Of a stretch of 64,000 bases of DNA, positions 47,601 through 61,642 are shown piece by piece. The stretch covers positions 1,758,138 to 1,822,137 of the forward strand of contig NW_019217789.1 of the NCBI RefSeq assembly GCF_002571385.2. The letters are read 5' to 3'. The notes below the pieces were generated by a model. It was not told where the DNA came from and made no database searches. It saw only the letters and a list, made by a program, of their open reading frames with translations. Both the position numbers and the translations under genes were made by a program. Each line of letters starts with the position of its first letter. Within the stretch, counting starts at the first letter, position 1. Source of the stretch: Stylophora pistillata (Eukaryota).

Positions 47601-50054
47601 ACCTTTATTTCCTAGCTCTCAGATTTAAAAGTAGCTTTATAAAATTAACTAACATCTTTGAGAAATAAAAAAATATCAAGAACAAAACAATATAAAAATT
47701 TTTTACATATAAGGCAGAGTCTGTACTGAAGCCAAGTGGCCCATTCAGCTGTAAATTGTCNNNNNNNNNNNNNNNNNNNNNNNNNNNNNNNNNNNNNNNN
47801 NNNNNNNNNNNNNAACAATAAAGTTAATAACAATAAAGTTAATAACAATAAAGTTAATAACAATAAAGTTAATAACAATAAAGTTAAAGTTAAGAAAAAT
47901 AGATCTGAGTCTAAAGCTAGGGACAATAAAGTTAATAACAATAAAGTTAAAGTTAAGAAAAATAGATCTGAGTCTAAAGCTAGGGACAATAAAGTTAATA
48001 ACAATAAAGTTAAAGTTAAGAAAAATAGATCTGAGTCTAAAGCTAGGAACAATAAAGTTAATGAGGAGTATTTTCCATTATGAGTCTGCCCTATTGCATA
48101 AATGATAATTGGTGATATGTAGTCCCCTCGTCACTGTCCTTCTTCTTAGCACAGGGTCAGGTTGTTCAGAGCTGCGTCAAGATAACCCAGGGTTAGTGTG
48201 ATATCTGATCTAAGAACTGAGAGCTTTAAGGAAAGATTAGTACAATTCTTTTTGTCTACAAATTGATGATTGGATGCCCTTCAAAGAATAGAGAAACATA
48301 TCCAAGAAAGGCTTTTGAACAAAATTATAAAGAAATCCTGATTTAAATTTAACGCTGGGTTAGCACTAACCAGCCTTTGAACAACTAGGCCCAGGGCTTG
48401 AAATAATGGCCAGTCAACGGGCAATGTCCAGTCTAAAATAGTTTTTGTTGGTCAAATCCTTAAATGCCCCACCAATCTGTCTGGTCGTTTACATTAGTAA
48501 GGAAAAAATTAAGAGTTTCAAGTTTTAGCATTTAAATGTTCAATATTGTATGCACAAATGAAATACAGATTTTGTCGAACATTGTAGCTGTACTGCGCAT
48601 GCCACTTTACCTGCATTACAAGATGGAGGCTCATGGAAAGGTCAATAAATGCTTTGAAAATTTACTTGGTCCATAATTGAACATATTTAAAGATTGTGTC
48701 AGGGAGGTGGCACTTGTACAGTGATAAGACATAACCAATGTTTGGCTGGCAAGAAATGGGTTGCATCCTAGCAAAAATAGGTTTGATTGGAAAATTTGAC
48801 CAGCACCAGCCAGGAAATTATTTAACTACAGTGGCACTACAGCATTACAAATTGAAAGTTATCATCTCCATCCCCTTCATTCTTGTAAAGCCTGGTTCAC
48901 CTGTGTCGTGATCGGTTGTGAGCTGAAACTGTTGCTGATGTTCCAGACGGTGAAAATTGAAATTCTCATCTACCATGAATGACTGCCAATCATCACAGAA
49001 AAAATGTGGTGTGATGGGAAAACAGAAACCTTCCTGATTTTCCCAATTTGTCTTCGACAGTCCCACAGTCAGGATCTCTAGGACTTCAAGTTTTCCTTTG
49101 TCGGAAAAATGTGGGAAACAGCGAAATTGCCGATTGTCTGAAATTTTGCGACACATAAAAACCGTACTTAGTATTGTCTTGCTAACGTAATCCACAGATG
49201 ATATAAATTTGCATAAGACTAAAAATCGACGTCTAGCTCTCCGAGATCTAAGGAGAGGAAGCGCTAGACATGGCGAAAAAAAAAAAAAACTGAATTGGCG
49301 ACGTAACTTTCACAGATTAAATTTGTTACGCGCCAGATGAGGGTATGTTCTTACAAGTAGCATGCAAGCGCCTACAGAACTGAACTGAACTGAACTGACC
49401 CTTGCAAGCCAATAGAGAAAGTTCGTTTCAAAGTGGTTGCGCATCACCGTAGTAAAACTTTGTCACACAAATTCTTTGACAACTGTAAATATGTTCCATT
49501 GAGCGATGCAAAATTTGCATCGGCTCCTTCTCCAATCGGGTGTCACGCTCCCGAAAGCGAGCTTTTTAGTCACACTACCAATAAAATATTTTGTTCTCTC
49601 TAAAATGCTCTGTGTCGTTGGTATGAGGAAGATTGGCTTTGGTGAATTGCATAAAAAAATAGTTGAAGTTAAGGTAGAGTTTTTGTCGAGTTTGAGGGAG
49701 TTGTCTGCTTAATTTCGAACGCTTCGAGGGGTCGATCAACTGCATTTTGCAGTAGTAAAATGTATTTATGCACTCTTAGTGATTGACGAGGCGGACAGTC
49801 CCGCTAGCATAGAGAAATACCTCCCAGTTATGATGGTTTACCCAACGAAATTTGACATGTAGACTAAAAATTCCAAAAGTGTGCTCTCGAAAGACAATAT
49901 GTTCATTCGAGTTCAATTTTATGCAAAACTAGAATAGGTTTGGGCTACGGCGCCTGTGCAAAGCTAATGGTCAACTCACCTGCTCAAAATGGATTACGCC
50001 TTTCGCTGTGCTGTTGTTGGACAATAAAACGCAAACTGCCTTTGGTCCTGACAT
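44676..50054 (-). CDS. SOD1: Cytosolic Cu/Zn superoxide dismutase (canonical-looking); exon 2 not present in the assembly
   Basis: Exon 1 50054-49980 [25 protein letters not shown]; exon 3 46585-46516 [24 protein letters not shown]; exon 4 45540-45423 [39 protein letters not shown]; exon 5 44783-44676 [36 protein letters not shown]63, H71, H80, D83, H120, R143, C57 and C146 are intact. Confidence 0.88.
45633..45893. mobile_element. Palindromic Penelope-like terminal-repeat insertion with TSD
   Basis: ~210-bp hairpin 45628-45837; degenerate hammerhead core (gatgaagggctaacgcttgaaacgtcagc); TSD atataagcaataa at 45620-45632 and 45894-45906. Confidence 0.7.
46690..47190 (+). mobile_element. 3' fragment of an L2/Crack-like LINE
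   Basis: Reads [27 protein letters not shown]...FNDIPNELK, then a UTR and (TAT)-rich tail. Confidence 0.6.
47814..48062. repeat. Nested minisatellite: 15-bp (AATAACAATAAAGTT)n and a 63-bp unit x~3, abutting a gap
   Basis: Directly visible; the 63-bp period starts at 47881. Confidence 0.9.
48152..48395. mobile_element. MITE (gggttgttca.../...tgaacaac termini); related inverted copy at ~50408-50543
   Basis: Imperfect TIRs and a shared internal aacccagggttagt motif in both copies. Confidence 0.5.
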
Positions 50055-51976
50055 TGTAAAATAAACGACGTTTTACCAACACACAGGCTACTACAAGCGC
50101 AGTTTTAAACCTTCAAGTGTTCAGTCGCGTTCGAACATGTGACCTCGAGGAGTTTGGCTCTCAGAGGAACTTGGGAAATGGACGATGCAGGGGACGACCG
50201 ATGCCTTGTCATGATTTGTCATCATAACTACAACTGCAGCTTTTCTGCTTGTCTTTCCTCTTTTTCCCAACAAACATGTGGAAAGATTATAGAAAGATTC
50301 ATCCTTCGTTCAATAATTAGTTTTGTTCTCTTGATAAAGCAACTACAAATCTTAATTCTGTCATCTCAGGGCACAAATGGTCGGCACCGCTTACCTAACA
50401 TGAAGAACTGGGCCCAATCGCTCGAAGGCGATCAGCGGTTATAACCCATGGTTAAATTTTAATCAAGGCTCTGCCTTAAAGTCTGAAATCAAATTTCACA
50501 CTAACCCGAGTTATCTTAATCCGCCTTTGAACAACCCGGCCCGGATGATAAATAATCACAAATCTCATTTCAGTTGGCGGAAAATTCCAAAGAGAAAATC
50601 TTGCCCGTTTGACTACTATGGACATCCAAGTACAACATGTTGCAGAAATCGAAATAGGAGTTCTGATCGCCGAGATCTCAAACAACGCTGGAGAAAAATA
50701 GATGCCGGAAAGGAAGTTGGTGCAACTTATGGTGCAGCTTATGAGTACAGTCTCTCGCCTACTACAGATATTAAAATTGTTTGCCCTAGCTATTTGTTTA
50801 TCGATTGATTCGTTTTTTAAGTCGTGCGTCAATTACTAAGACACGTATCTAATTCATGTTTTCCGTGATTTCCGAGGCACAAGCTTCATAGGCTGCCCAG
50901 GTATACTGCATCAATCTCTGAGTTGAATAACTGTCACTTCACCACATGTGACTTGACCCACCCCTCGCACGAAATCTCGCGAGATTCCCAAGTAACTGTG
51001 GACAGTAACCATATCGGCGACCCGTAATGTTTTCAAATGCATCATAATTTATTAAACTAATGTAATGAATATTTGACTGCAATTTTCATCATTATTCATT
51101 AGTATTTTTTTCGGTTTTCTTTTTTTTTCTGTAAGTGACTGCACATGGTTGACATCCCAGTTACGAATACTGTAGACCTCGCCTTTCCTCGCTCGCACCT
51201 GCAGTAAAATGCTGTTCCCTCGTGAAAAAGAGAACTCAAGATAACATAAGAATTTGCCCAAGAAATGATCGAAAGTGAAAAACGTAACGACAAGCGACTA
51301 GCGAATCTGATGCTTTACAATGAAAACTGGCTGATCTCCTTTTGGTACGAAATCGCGTTATCTGAACGCGACCCGATAGTTCAGTTTTTTTGTTTGCTTT
51401 TTGTTCTTAAGCTGACATTCCACGTGACCAGAAAGCGACTTTCTTTCCTTTCTCAATAAAGATAACGGTGGTCCGCGCCGACCCACTGCTAAGCAGCTTT
51501 AATCTCAAGAAGATTCAGTGGGTAAATCGCCTATTCAGTTAGTTTAAAAACTAAACTCAGAAAGATTAATTAGATGTCGGAAAACTGCCATGGACCTCTC
51601 TCGCGGCTAGGGAGGGGGAGAGTCCACAGATGTGAACAACAATGAGCAACCTGATAATGAGCTAAAAGTCGTTCCAGTTTAACCATGACAGACACAATTG
51701 GTAAGTGACGAAAACGTCTCTGAATTTGAAAGTAATGCGCTATGATGACATCAGAAACAGGTAAAGTGCAACCACACTTTCTTTCTCCAAACTAATTTAA
51801 CATCAGTATTACATTTAACGAAATATAAGCTAAAGACGTATTCCCAGACAAAAACCGCAAGGCATGCTAACTTGTTCCACCTTGCTACCCAACGGACAAA
51901 CCCAATAACTTAGTTAAGATTATAAATTAAGAGCAACATCAGGGTAGCGACAAACAAGGGAAATCTTTCGGGCGTC

Positions 51977-54900
51977 TTAAAGCAAGCCTTTGGGACTCTT
52001 ACACGCAGGAATGTAGCAGGGTGCGCTAGGATCAAGGCCACTGTTGGACAACTCGATATGATTTGGAGAGATGAGATGGTTAGAGGCGAAGCGAGGGACT
52101 CCAGGAGAATCGCCGGCAGAGTAGGTGGCGGTGGCGGGCATGACGGCCATCACTTCAGCGATCTTCAGCTTCAAGGATTCGATCTCTCGATCCTTGGTCT
52201 TAAGGTTGGTTTGTGCAATTTCCAGTTGCCTGCGCGTGTCGCCTAACGCCGAGAACAAGTCCAGCTTCAAGCGAGTCTCCGAGCTCAAGCTGTTTTCTAG
52301 GTGAGTGTTCTTGCCTTGCATAGCTGTCAGTGCAGACATTAACACCTCTGTTTCCTTCTTTAGCTGCATGCTGTCATATTCCCTGGTCTTCTGCCGCAGA
52401 GTTTCAGCTTCTTTGTCGACGCGTTTTATTTCTTCTTCTTTCTCTTGTAGAAGAGCACGCAACTGACGGCTGTCCTCTTCCAGTTCGATCCTGAGCGCGT
52501 TACACGCATCGTGACCTGTCGTTTCGTCGCACTGCTTAGCTGCGGCGTCCTCCGCTTTTTGTCTCTTACGCTCCTCACGAAGCTGACTCTCCGCCAAAAG
52601 CCGGGAATCTCGCTCAGTTTTTAGCTTTCGTTCCAGAGAGGAGATTGAATTACGATCTTGCTGACGTGCAGACGACATATTTTGCAATCTGTGAATAAAA
52701 TCATAAACATTCCGAGTTAATTACTTTCAACTCAAACCTTCGACTCACTAGCATCACCGCTGAAGCAAACTTTGAAGTCGTGTAAATACTGGAAATGATC
52801 ACTAACTACAGAAGCTTTAGATTGTTAAACAAATTCTCGCAGTCAGTACCAGAGAGGATGTATGGAGAAGAGTAGGAAGAATATGCACATTGATGACGGC
52901 TAATCAGAACAAGGGGAAATATCACAAGCAGCCAATCAAGACTCAACCTCAAACCAGCAATCCGCCTGAAACGCGGGAAAATGCGAGAGGTTTCAGTTTA
53001 GCATCTGATTGGTTAAAAATTTTGCGCGAGTTTTCTAGACCAATCACAAAGCGTTCTGAAGTAAAACCAAAGCAATCTCGATTCACTATCGACAGACAAT
53101 CGAAAGTTGCTTTAATCAACAATTACACGACGAGCTGAAGATTTCTAACGCACAATAATAACTGAAAGCCCAAATCAACCATCAAGCATACGAATTGAGA
53201 GAAAATTTATTCCTGCTATTCACACATTGAAAGAAAAAAATACACAAGAACAGTCAAAGCAGGGGGCTTAAATGGCCTAAGGTCAGCAAAAGACGTGAAG
53301 AATTTACACGAGTAGAAGAAAGCTTTAACTAAAATAATTACAATACAATTAAACGAAGAAAGAAAAGGTCAGTCAGAAAACTTACAATTGAGATACAATA
53401 CTTGGCAACTAGTTTAAATAACTAAACGACTAATAATAAAAATCCTATAAACCACACTAACAAATATAAACAAATACACCTAATATAGTCCCATAAGGTC
53501 TGCAGATTATGCGAAGGTTATGCGTAACTACTCGGAGAAAAATAGTCTTTTAATTTTTTTTTTTTATAGTTGCTTACTGTAAGATTATTGTGCACAGATA
53601 ACGGAATATCATTCCAAATAATAGGAGCTTGCCAAGTCATAGCAAATTGATACTTAGGACAGGTTAAAACGCGAACGAGTCAAATAATTGTGATATTCAG
53701 AATAAAAATGAAGCATCGAGGAAACAGGAGCAGGTAAAAGGTTATTAAAATGTGAGAATACAAAACAGGCAACATGGAATTTATAAACAAAACTTATAAA
53801 TAGAGTAAAGTGAAAGAATATTATGCTTAGAAAAAAGAGGTTTAGAGGATGTGCGCGGAGGAGAAAAAGTAATTATACGAACGGCTTTCTTTTGAAGTAC
53901 ATAAAGAGATTTAAGGTAAGAAGCATAAGTAGATGCCCATATTAAACTGCCATAATTTATAAAACTAATCGTTTTCGTAAAAATCTACAAGTTGTTCAAA
54001 GGGGAACAAAATAGACGGGCTCGTGTTTTTGATTTATTTTCTTTTACAACCCCAGACTGTTAAGCAACTCACTTCCTTCACTATGATATCTATGACGGAA
54101 TAGATAGCGAGTAGGGTAACCAATCAGACTGCAGCCTTTGTTGATGGAAAGCTGGGGGATTTGTACTATAGAACAGTAATACTTGTAAAACGTAAGCTAT
54201 GCAGACGAGATAAAGATTTCGTACATGCATCCAATGCATTTCCTAACTCTCTTTAAGTCTCGTGTGAATGCACTGTATTCATCTAAACTCCAAAGAAACA
54301 GAGAAAACAAATTTGAACGTAGACAAGCCACACCACCTTGTTCGGGCATGGGATAAGCACTTGGTCGAGTCTTCATTAGTTTCAGATTGGTAATCTGATA
54401 GTTCCAACCAGCATCACAAGTTCTTCCTTTTAAATTTTTAAAGAACCTGTTGTCCTGCATTTGCGGAAAAGTTCTACCAACAAACAAGATCGCGCACTAC
54501 AGCAAACCAAGAACACTGTAGTCCCACATTGTCTAAAAAGAAACTCGATTGCAATCCGAGTTCAGTCATTCTTTGAGCTGTTAGATTAACAAGCTACCAG
54601 TTCTAATGCGTAAAAAAACTTCAGCTGTACTTACTTCTGTTGAATAACCTCGCACTCGGCCTTCAACTGCTGTAATTCAACCTTAGTGGAGCGTTCACTG
54701 GCCATCAAGCTGTGCATGGTGGACCTCAGTTCCTGCTCACCTTGGCGACTCGTCTGCAGTTCCACTCTGAGTCGTTTACTATCATTCTCTAGTTGGGATA
54801 AATTGCTCTCAGCACGACGACTGCAATAATAATAAAAATAATCAAACGGAGGCATCATTCAGATCTGTAAGCTAAATTTTAACCCGGAATGACGTAAAGA

Positions 54901-57900
54901 CACACGTCAGAGAGAACTTGGAAAAACTTGGAAGGTGGGAAACACTGTTCTTTTCCACGAGCAAAACGTAAAAAAAAAAAAAAACAAATCAAAAGGGATT
55001 AAGAACACTTAAGGATGGAGAAGATTGAAGTGGATCGCAAATTATGAACTTGAATTTTTCGCAATGTATACATTGTGATTCAGCTTCGGTTCTGAAGGAA
55101 CTAGTACTCTAAGAAGACACAATAAATGTTACGCTCACCGTAACAGCCTCTCCTCTTTAAGTTGAGAAAATAGACTGGGTCCGAGGTCAACAGACTGAGT
55201 TTTCTCGTGTCCCTGAGATATGAAAAGAGGATCACAGCCATGAGACTAACAAGGACAAGATTAAACAAACACAACAACAAAAACAGCCTAAAAATAAAGC
55301 AACTGAGCGCTTCTCGGACACACCTTCGGTGAGTTACTCCTGCTGTTCTTTCGACTGTTATTGATGGAGCTACTCGACGCACTTAAAGAATCACTATCAG
55401 ACTCATCATTGTCTTCCTCGTTATTCTCATCGTACTCCTTCAACTTTTCATTTCCTTTCGCGCCATTTTTCTTTGAAGATTTTCCTATAACTCCATTGAG
55501 CGTGGCGCGGTGATGCTGCCCAGCTTTCCCACTCTTATGACTCCCTTCTAACGACAGTTTATCAAGTTCATTTAAGTTATGATCCTCGCTGGTCTTCTTT
55601 GATGTAAGGTTAGAGAGCACGTCAAGTTCTTTCAATAGTGCATTTCCTTTCAAAGTAGGCCTTGATTCAAGATCACTTAGTTTTAAGCCACGGCGACTGG
55701 CTTCTTTAGCTATTAAGAGTTCGAGATCTGTTTTAGTGTTGATGCCATTTGTCATAACAGGTACAGGCCGACCTCTTGGGAGTGCTACTTCACCATTAGC
55801 AACTTTACCATTACATATAGCTGCAAGTTAAGAATGAAGAAAACCAAGTCAAATAAATTATACATCTTCCTAAAACAACAATAGCTTTCCAGCTACGTAC
55901 ACACATAAGTTAAGCCCCAGCTTTGGTGCAATTATCTCTTTCAAAATTTCCATTTGGCACCCGAAAATTATGAAATGTTTGCCAGAGATAAACTTTAATC
56001 ACCAATGATGAAAATAAACAAACAAACGAAAAGCACAATATTCTTTACCACACTAATCAACCCCGGAGAAAAAGGCAGTGGCGTGGTGTTAGCAACAATT
56101 CGTATAAAAATTGACCTCATATTAACTAAACACCCTGGACAATAAATAGTGAAAGGTTACAGCTTTGGAGCACAACTGAACACTGGGAGCCAATCTAGCA
56201 ACCTTCATTAAAAATGTAGTTGCCAAAATATTTTGCAACTATCTATGTTAACCAAAATAATTACAGCTTGGAGTACTGTGGCATGCATTTATCCAAAACC
56301 AATAATTTTGTTTAAATTTAATTCATATTTTATTATAATTCAATGATTATCTGCCCATTCAATAATCCTGCCCTTGCATTTCAAGCATTTAACTACACTT
56401 TTCCATATATAAAAATGTCACAAAAATCCTGTGCAGAACCACATCATACCTCTTGCTGGTCGCTCTGTTGCCTCTGTATGGTTGTTTGTCTCAGGAGGCA
56501 GTGCCAGGTTAATAAGTTGCATATAAAACTCATTTTCTTTAGCAACATGCTGAACTCTTCTCTGTGAAATGGAGTGAAAAATGAACAACTAAGGACCCCC
56601 ACTGAAACATAATCTTGGCAAATACAGGATTGTCAAAATAAGCTGGCTCTGAAAAATGCACAAGCTATGTATAGTGTATTCTGCATGGTTGTGGCTTACT
56701 TTTCAGTATGGAAGCATGACAGTGTATCTTCGACTTTGTATCATAAACTGGTTACTCAAAAAAATTTTTGACAACCTGGCAAATAGCAAACATCTTACTT
56801 AGTGAATAGATTGACACAGCATTATTCTATTCTTTTCTTTCTTAATTTCTGTCTGATTAAAAATTCCTCTGTGATTAATTGGTTGCAGAAATCTCAGAAT
56901 TACAACAAAAGAAAGAGATTTTCAGTACATGAATTCTTCATGAAAAAAAAAAAAATTACCACCTGTTTCCTTTCAAAGGAGATAAAACACATTTTTCTGA
57001 CAGATGACAATGCAAATGTGAAAACGTTTGGGAGCCTGAACAACAGCTGAGGAAACAAGCCCTGTCCACCATTCAAAGTTGTCAGTGCTTCACATTGCTA
57101 CTGCATTTCTGATTCTATACACAAATTATAGAAATTGAAAACTTCAGGAGAACCTGGGAGATGTTTCTCTCAAATTGCTGCTGGATTAAAAAGCTTTCTA
57201 TCTCTATTTACAGACAGGGACCAGTTATCACCAACAACAAAAACGAAATCTGAGTCATTGTAACTGGCTCCACATTTCTAATTACACCCACATTGATAAA
57301 TTATTAGGATATGTGTTTCTCATCAGGTTTGTGCCAATATGAGGGGATTATTCATAGCTTACATGTAACTGCAGCATCACCTTCAATCAAAGAATAATTT
57401 TCCCTAAGAAGGAATGATTGCACTTTGTGTCTAAATTTGACAAGAAAATTTTGATGTTTCAGCAACCATATAAGTGATGATCCCCTTCCGTGATATATGA
57501 AAGAATTACCTTAAGTTAACTCTGACACCAATACAGTTGCCATAATTTATACTACAAGTACATGGTCATCCAGAGGCACAATGCTTTCTGCATGGTGACT
57601 TCTTAATCATTTGCTATGTTCACTTGCGAGAAATAAATCAGATCAGTTACCACCATGTATCATCATACTGAAAGCTGCACTTACCTGACGCATTTTATAG
57701 CCTACATAACTCTTGACACCATAACCAAGTGTTACAACAGGATACCCAATGCTGAAAAAAAAAAAAAAATCATATCAACAAGTGAATTCTTTCAGTTAAT
57801 CAGATACTGCATTAAAAAGGGCTCCTGATTCCATCATTGGTCAAACTCTGGGAGGGTGCACTTTTAGATAACTGCAGTGAATTGGTAAGTTAAGGGAAGG

Positions 57901-60708
57901 GAATTTACCTCAAACATATTCTACATACAAGCAAAATATTCAGGGGAGGAATTAATAAGGTGATAGTTATTGTTCAAGAACACAAGGTATATCAGCCCTA
58001 ATTTAGGACTAGATACCTTCAATATTGTATTTGTGTTGAAGTAAGAACAAAATTTACATGGCAATATTCATGGCACTTAAAACAGAGAAATTTGCTCTTA
58101 ACTAAATATCTAAAAGTGACAAGTGAAAGCTGAGTGCATAGAGGAAATATCAATTAGTAGCTTTGAATTAAAACACTGGTAATCAGTCTAATGTACGCAA
58201 AATAAGACAAACAGAGCTTTACTTTGTATGAAGATGCACAGTGCAAATTGCACATTACATGGGGTAGTCTACGGAATGCTAACCAGCGTCTTCTCTCAGA
58301 AATTTAATTGCAGGAGAATTGTGCGAATAAATGGAAAATATTCTCAACAAATTATCAAGAACATGTTTGAGCCATCAAAGTGTATGCAGAGAATCATGCA
58401 TGCATGCAACTCAGAGAATTATCTGAACCCTAATGCCTTATGAGCACTCTGTTTGCCTGCTGTGACAAACTCACTGTAGCATGACAATTGGTCATAGCTC
58501 ACATTTCCTGAAGCCTAAGGCTGTTATGTCTGGGCATCAAACAACATGCACTTACAAATTTTTATACACAATAAAACTGTGATTATTCTAAATTCTAGTG
58601 GGAAAGGAATTGGTTTAAATAATAGGAAGGGTTGGAAAATTAAGGTTTCAAATCAGTACCTGAGTAGTTAGAGGAAGTACCTTTTAACCTGAACTACTGG
58701 GAATTCAGAAACAGGGGTAGAGAAATAAAAATTTTATTGTAGGTTTTGCAGTAAACTTTAAGTATTTAAGCAAGAGACAAGGCATTCATTGTCAACAAAA
58801 ACCTGAATACCCATCTATTCAGTTGGATTATAAAGTGCGAAATGAATGAAAGAGGGAATGATTTCAGTGATACCAAGATCACAAGCTCAGCATACAATGA
58901 AAGGCTTGTATGGTTCCCAGAGCTTAAAACACAACTTCCTCTTAACTATTGCATTTTTCATTTAATTTAAAAAAGTCCTCGAGCACATTTGTGCTTGCTT
59001 TGTTTTTAAATTCAAGAAAGGCATTGCCATGAAAAAAACGGTTGACTGTGCTTTTATCCAGATTATCTAAATTAAAAATGAACAATCTGCATAACGGTGG
59101 TTTTAAATTAACGGCAGAATTTAGAACGGGTTAGAAGAAATTAACAACCGCGGAAAATAGTACAATGTACTCGAAGTAAGAAACTAGCATTTCGAAATGT
59201 AAAAATTACTTTGAAAAATATCACCATCACGTTTCTCTTTTAATTTTTGAAAAGAGACGAAATCCTCTTTGAGCTGCCAACCTAGCATTTTAAACTAAAT
59301 CGTAGTTAAATGATTAATTACTCGAAAAAGTGAGAACTTCCTAAGTCTCAACAGGAAAACTAGCGCAAAAACGCCAGTACATTATAAACCAGAAATATTT
59401 TATTCATCGAGACAATATCAAAAAATTGATTCTCATGTTTGAAGTCAAATTTTGAGAAAAACCTTTCGACGAAGCTTTCCGACTCTATCTACCATAGGAC
59501 CTTGCTTCCGACGCTAACACGAACTACTTTGCATGAAATAACAGCTGCCTCTAGCTCTCAAAATTTCAGGGAAGAATATAAATTAGGGAAGCACTTTACT
59601 TTTTTTCTGAGAAGTGTTCAACTCTCCTTGTCAAAAGAAAGTCTCCGCCATCATAGATAACCAAATAAATAATATTAAGGCAATGTGAAAAGCTCAAACT
59701 TACCAATGAGCGGCGAACGGTCGACATAAGTCTAAATGAAATGGGAGATTTTTCAATTCGCGAAGTCGAACCGACGCTTCTACATACACAAACAGTAACC
59801 ATAGACTAACGGTTGGAACGCATAAACCACGATCTGAAACAGAAAATCAGGCAGTAATTAGACCAAAGAATGATGACATATTTAACCAGAGCCTTCCAAT
59901 AAACTTGTGAAAATCCCGCGTCGTTTAGATCTGTTTCCCGACAATTTCAGGAATACTAGATCTTGATCCACCAGCCGACCTAACGAAATGTAAACATAGA
60001 AAATTTTCCTCGAGTGAACGAAGTCATACCCGCCTCTAGCTGCTCTAATCGGCTAAAAGTTATCTCTCTAGAATTACCTGTATGCCAGACGAACTGAACC
60101 CAGACGTATGTGCTAGCCGCAAAGAATAACCAATGCACAGGGAGAAACATCAAACATATAAGGTCTGAACAGAACGCCAGTGTGAGAAAAAGAAGAGAGA
60201 AAGCCTGAAAAAATAGAACGTGAAAATTCAAGACTAGAACGAGATTACAGACGCTAGGAAAATTTCAAAATAAAACCGCATTTATCATGGCAATGTTGGG
60301 ATTATTTTGAGGGCCAATGAATAACGAGAAACACATGATTTACGGTAAATTACGTGAAAATAGTAACTCGACTCACCAAACCTTGGTACTTGAACGAGTC
60401 ATAAGCACTCCGTAACAGTAGCCAAAAAGGCCAAAGATATTCAAAGCGAAATTCCAAAAGGAAGTCGGCAGTCAACACCATAATCCATACTAAGAAAAAT
60501 CGGACGTACAGAAATACACTAGACGAAACAGAAATTAAGGACAGGTCAGAAAACCAACTTTAAATTCGTGGTTTTCGAGTGCGAGTGGCCAGAGGCCAAT
60601 GTTACTGACACAACATTTCGACTTTTACCTTCCATATATCGATTCTGTGATGCGAGAACGTTTTAAAGGTCTTCTGAGTTTCGAAGGATCAATACTTCGT
60701 CTCTTCAT
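51977..60708 (-). CDS. MACO1: Macoilin (TMEM57)
   Basis: Exons 60708-60629, 60518-60377, 60204-60078, 59833-59704, 57751-57685, 56561-56450, 55820-55324, 55212-55139, 54820-54635 and 52688-51977 join in frame. Motifs MKRRSIDPSKLRRPLKRSRITESIYG, FRFEYLWPFW, LFFAASTYVWVQ, RPFAAHCIGYPVVTLG, KENEFYMQL, LENSLSSETRLKLDLFSALG. Confidence 0.95.
53330..53962 (-). mobile_element. 3' fragment of a CR1/L2-group LINE in a macoilin intron
   Basis: Minus strand reads INYGSLIWASTYASYLKSLYVLQKKAVRIITFS...SKPLFSKHNILSL...YHNYLTR, the RT C-terminal motif set. Confidence 0.75.
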
Positions 60709-61642
60709 CTCGATGTGTGGTTCATCGAGTGAGGTTTACAGTAAGCGTCAATATGAAAAATATAGAATTAACACGGTGAGGAAAACGAGCAACTAAACTG
60801 ATTTCCCTAAGTAATCGCCCATTGCGCTTGCGTGGGGTGACGTCACATGGTACAGTGACATGAGCGCCGTTCCCTCGAACCCGCCCCTGTCATGTCCCCC
60901 AGGGAATTAACTTGCTATGTTTTCTGAAGCATGAAGCAGAAAGTGTGCTTTCAACGACAATCTTACTCTGTGCATATAGAATCATGTTTAATCAGTTTCT
61001 TAGAAACAGGGTTAGTTTCTCATCATTTTTCATTAAATAAGCCTCTATGGTCTTTGAAAGGAAATACACTCTTCCATGTCAGGGAATAGGTTTATCTGAG
61101 TAGTCTCCAGCTGTTTCGACTGCCATAACCAATCATAAATCGTGACTAAAAACTAAAAACTAAACGACTAACAACCCAGCCCGAGCCCCGCCTCCCCCAG
61201 TCCAGGGCACTTCATCACGGCAATTCATCACGGTTGGGAGCTTTTTCATCTGTAGTCCTACGGGGACTGACTCGATTTTCTCATACCTCATTTTATCGCT
61301 ATGAACCAGGGCAGAGAGAGGTTGGAACCTCTCTCCCCCCACTATGAGCAGCTAAGACAGTTTTTATATTTTTTAAGGAGATTTTATTAAAGTTCCGAAA
61401 AGATAAGATGACAGAGGGTAAGAAGTAAGTTTGCAGGGAACCTTTATTCCGTAAAACTACATAACTACCTTTTCACAAATTGAGAGTGAATTCGAAAGGT
61501 ACGTGCATTCTTTACATGTCTTGCAAAGCACGCCCCCATTTCAGTCGAGTGCAATGTATTTATATTTTTCTCTGTTGATTTCTACACTGTTCTGCGTATG
61601 ATCGGCTTTTTTTTTCATTTTGGCTGTTACACCAGCTGGCGT

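Noticed and set aside
47645-48083. Leu-rich and Asn/Lys-rich ORFs
   Set aside because: Translations of a minisatellite and an N gap.
50476-50832. Overlapping ORFs upstream of SOD1
   Set aside because: Partly MITE-derived, with no recognisable domain or splice support.
56960-56969. Possible 10-nt macoilin micro-exon (aag|GAAACAGGTG|gtaatt)
   Set aside because: It would shift the frame; the flanking exons already join in register with known macoilins.
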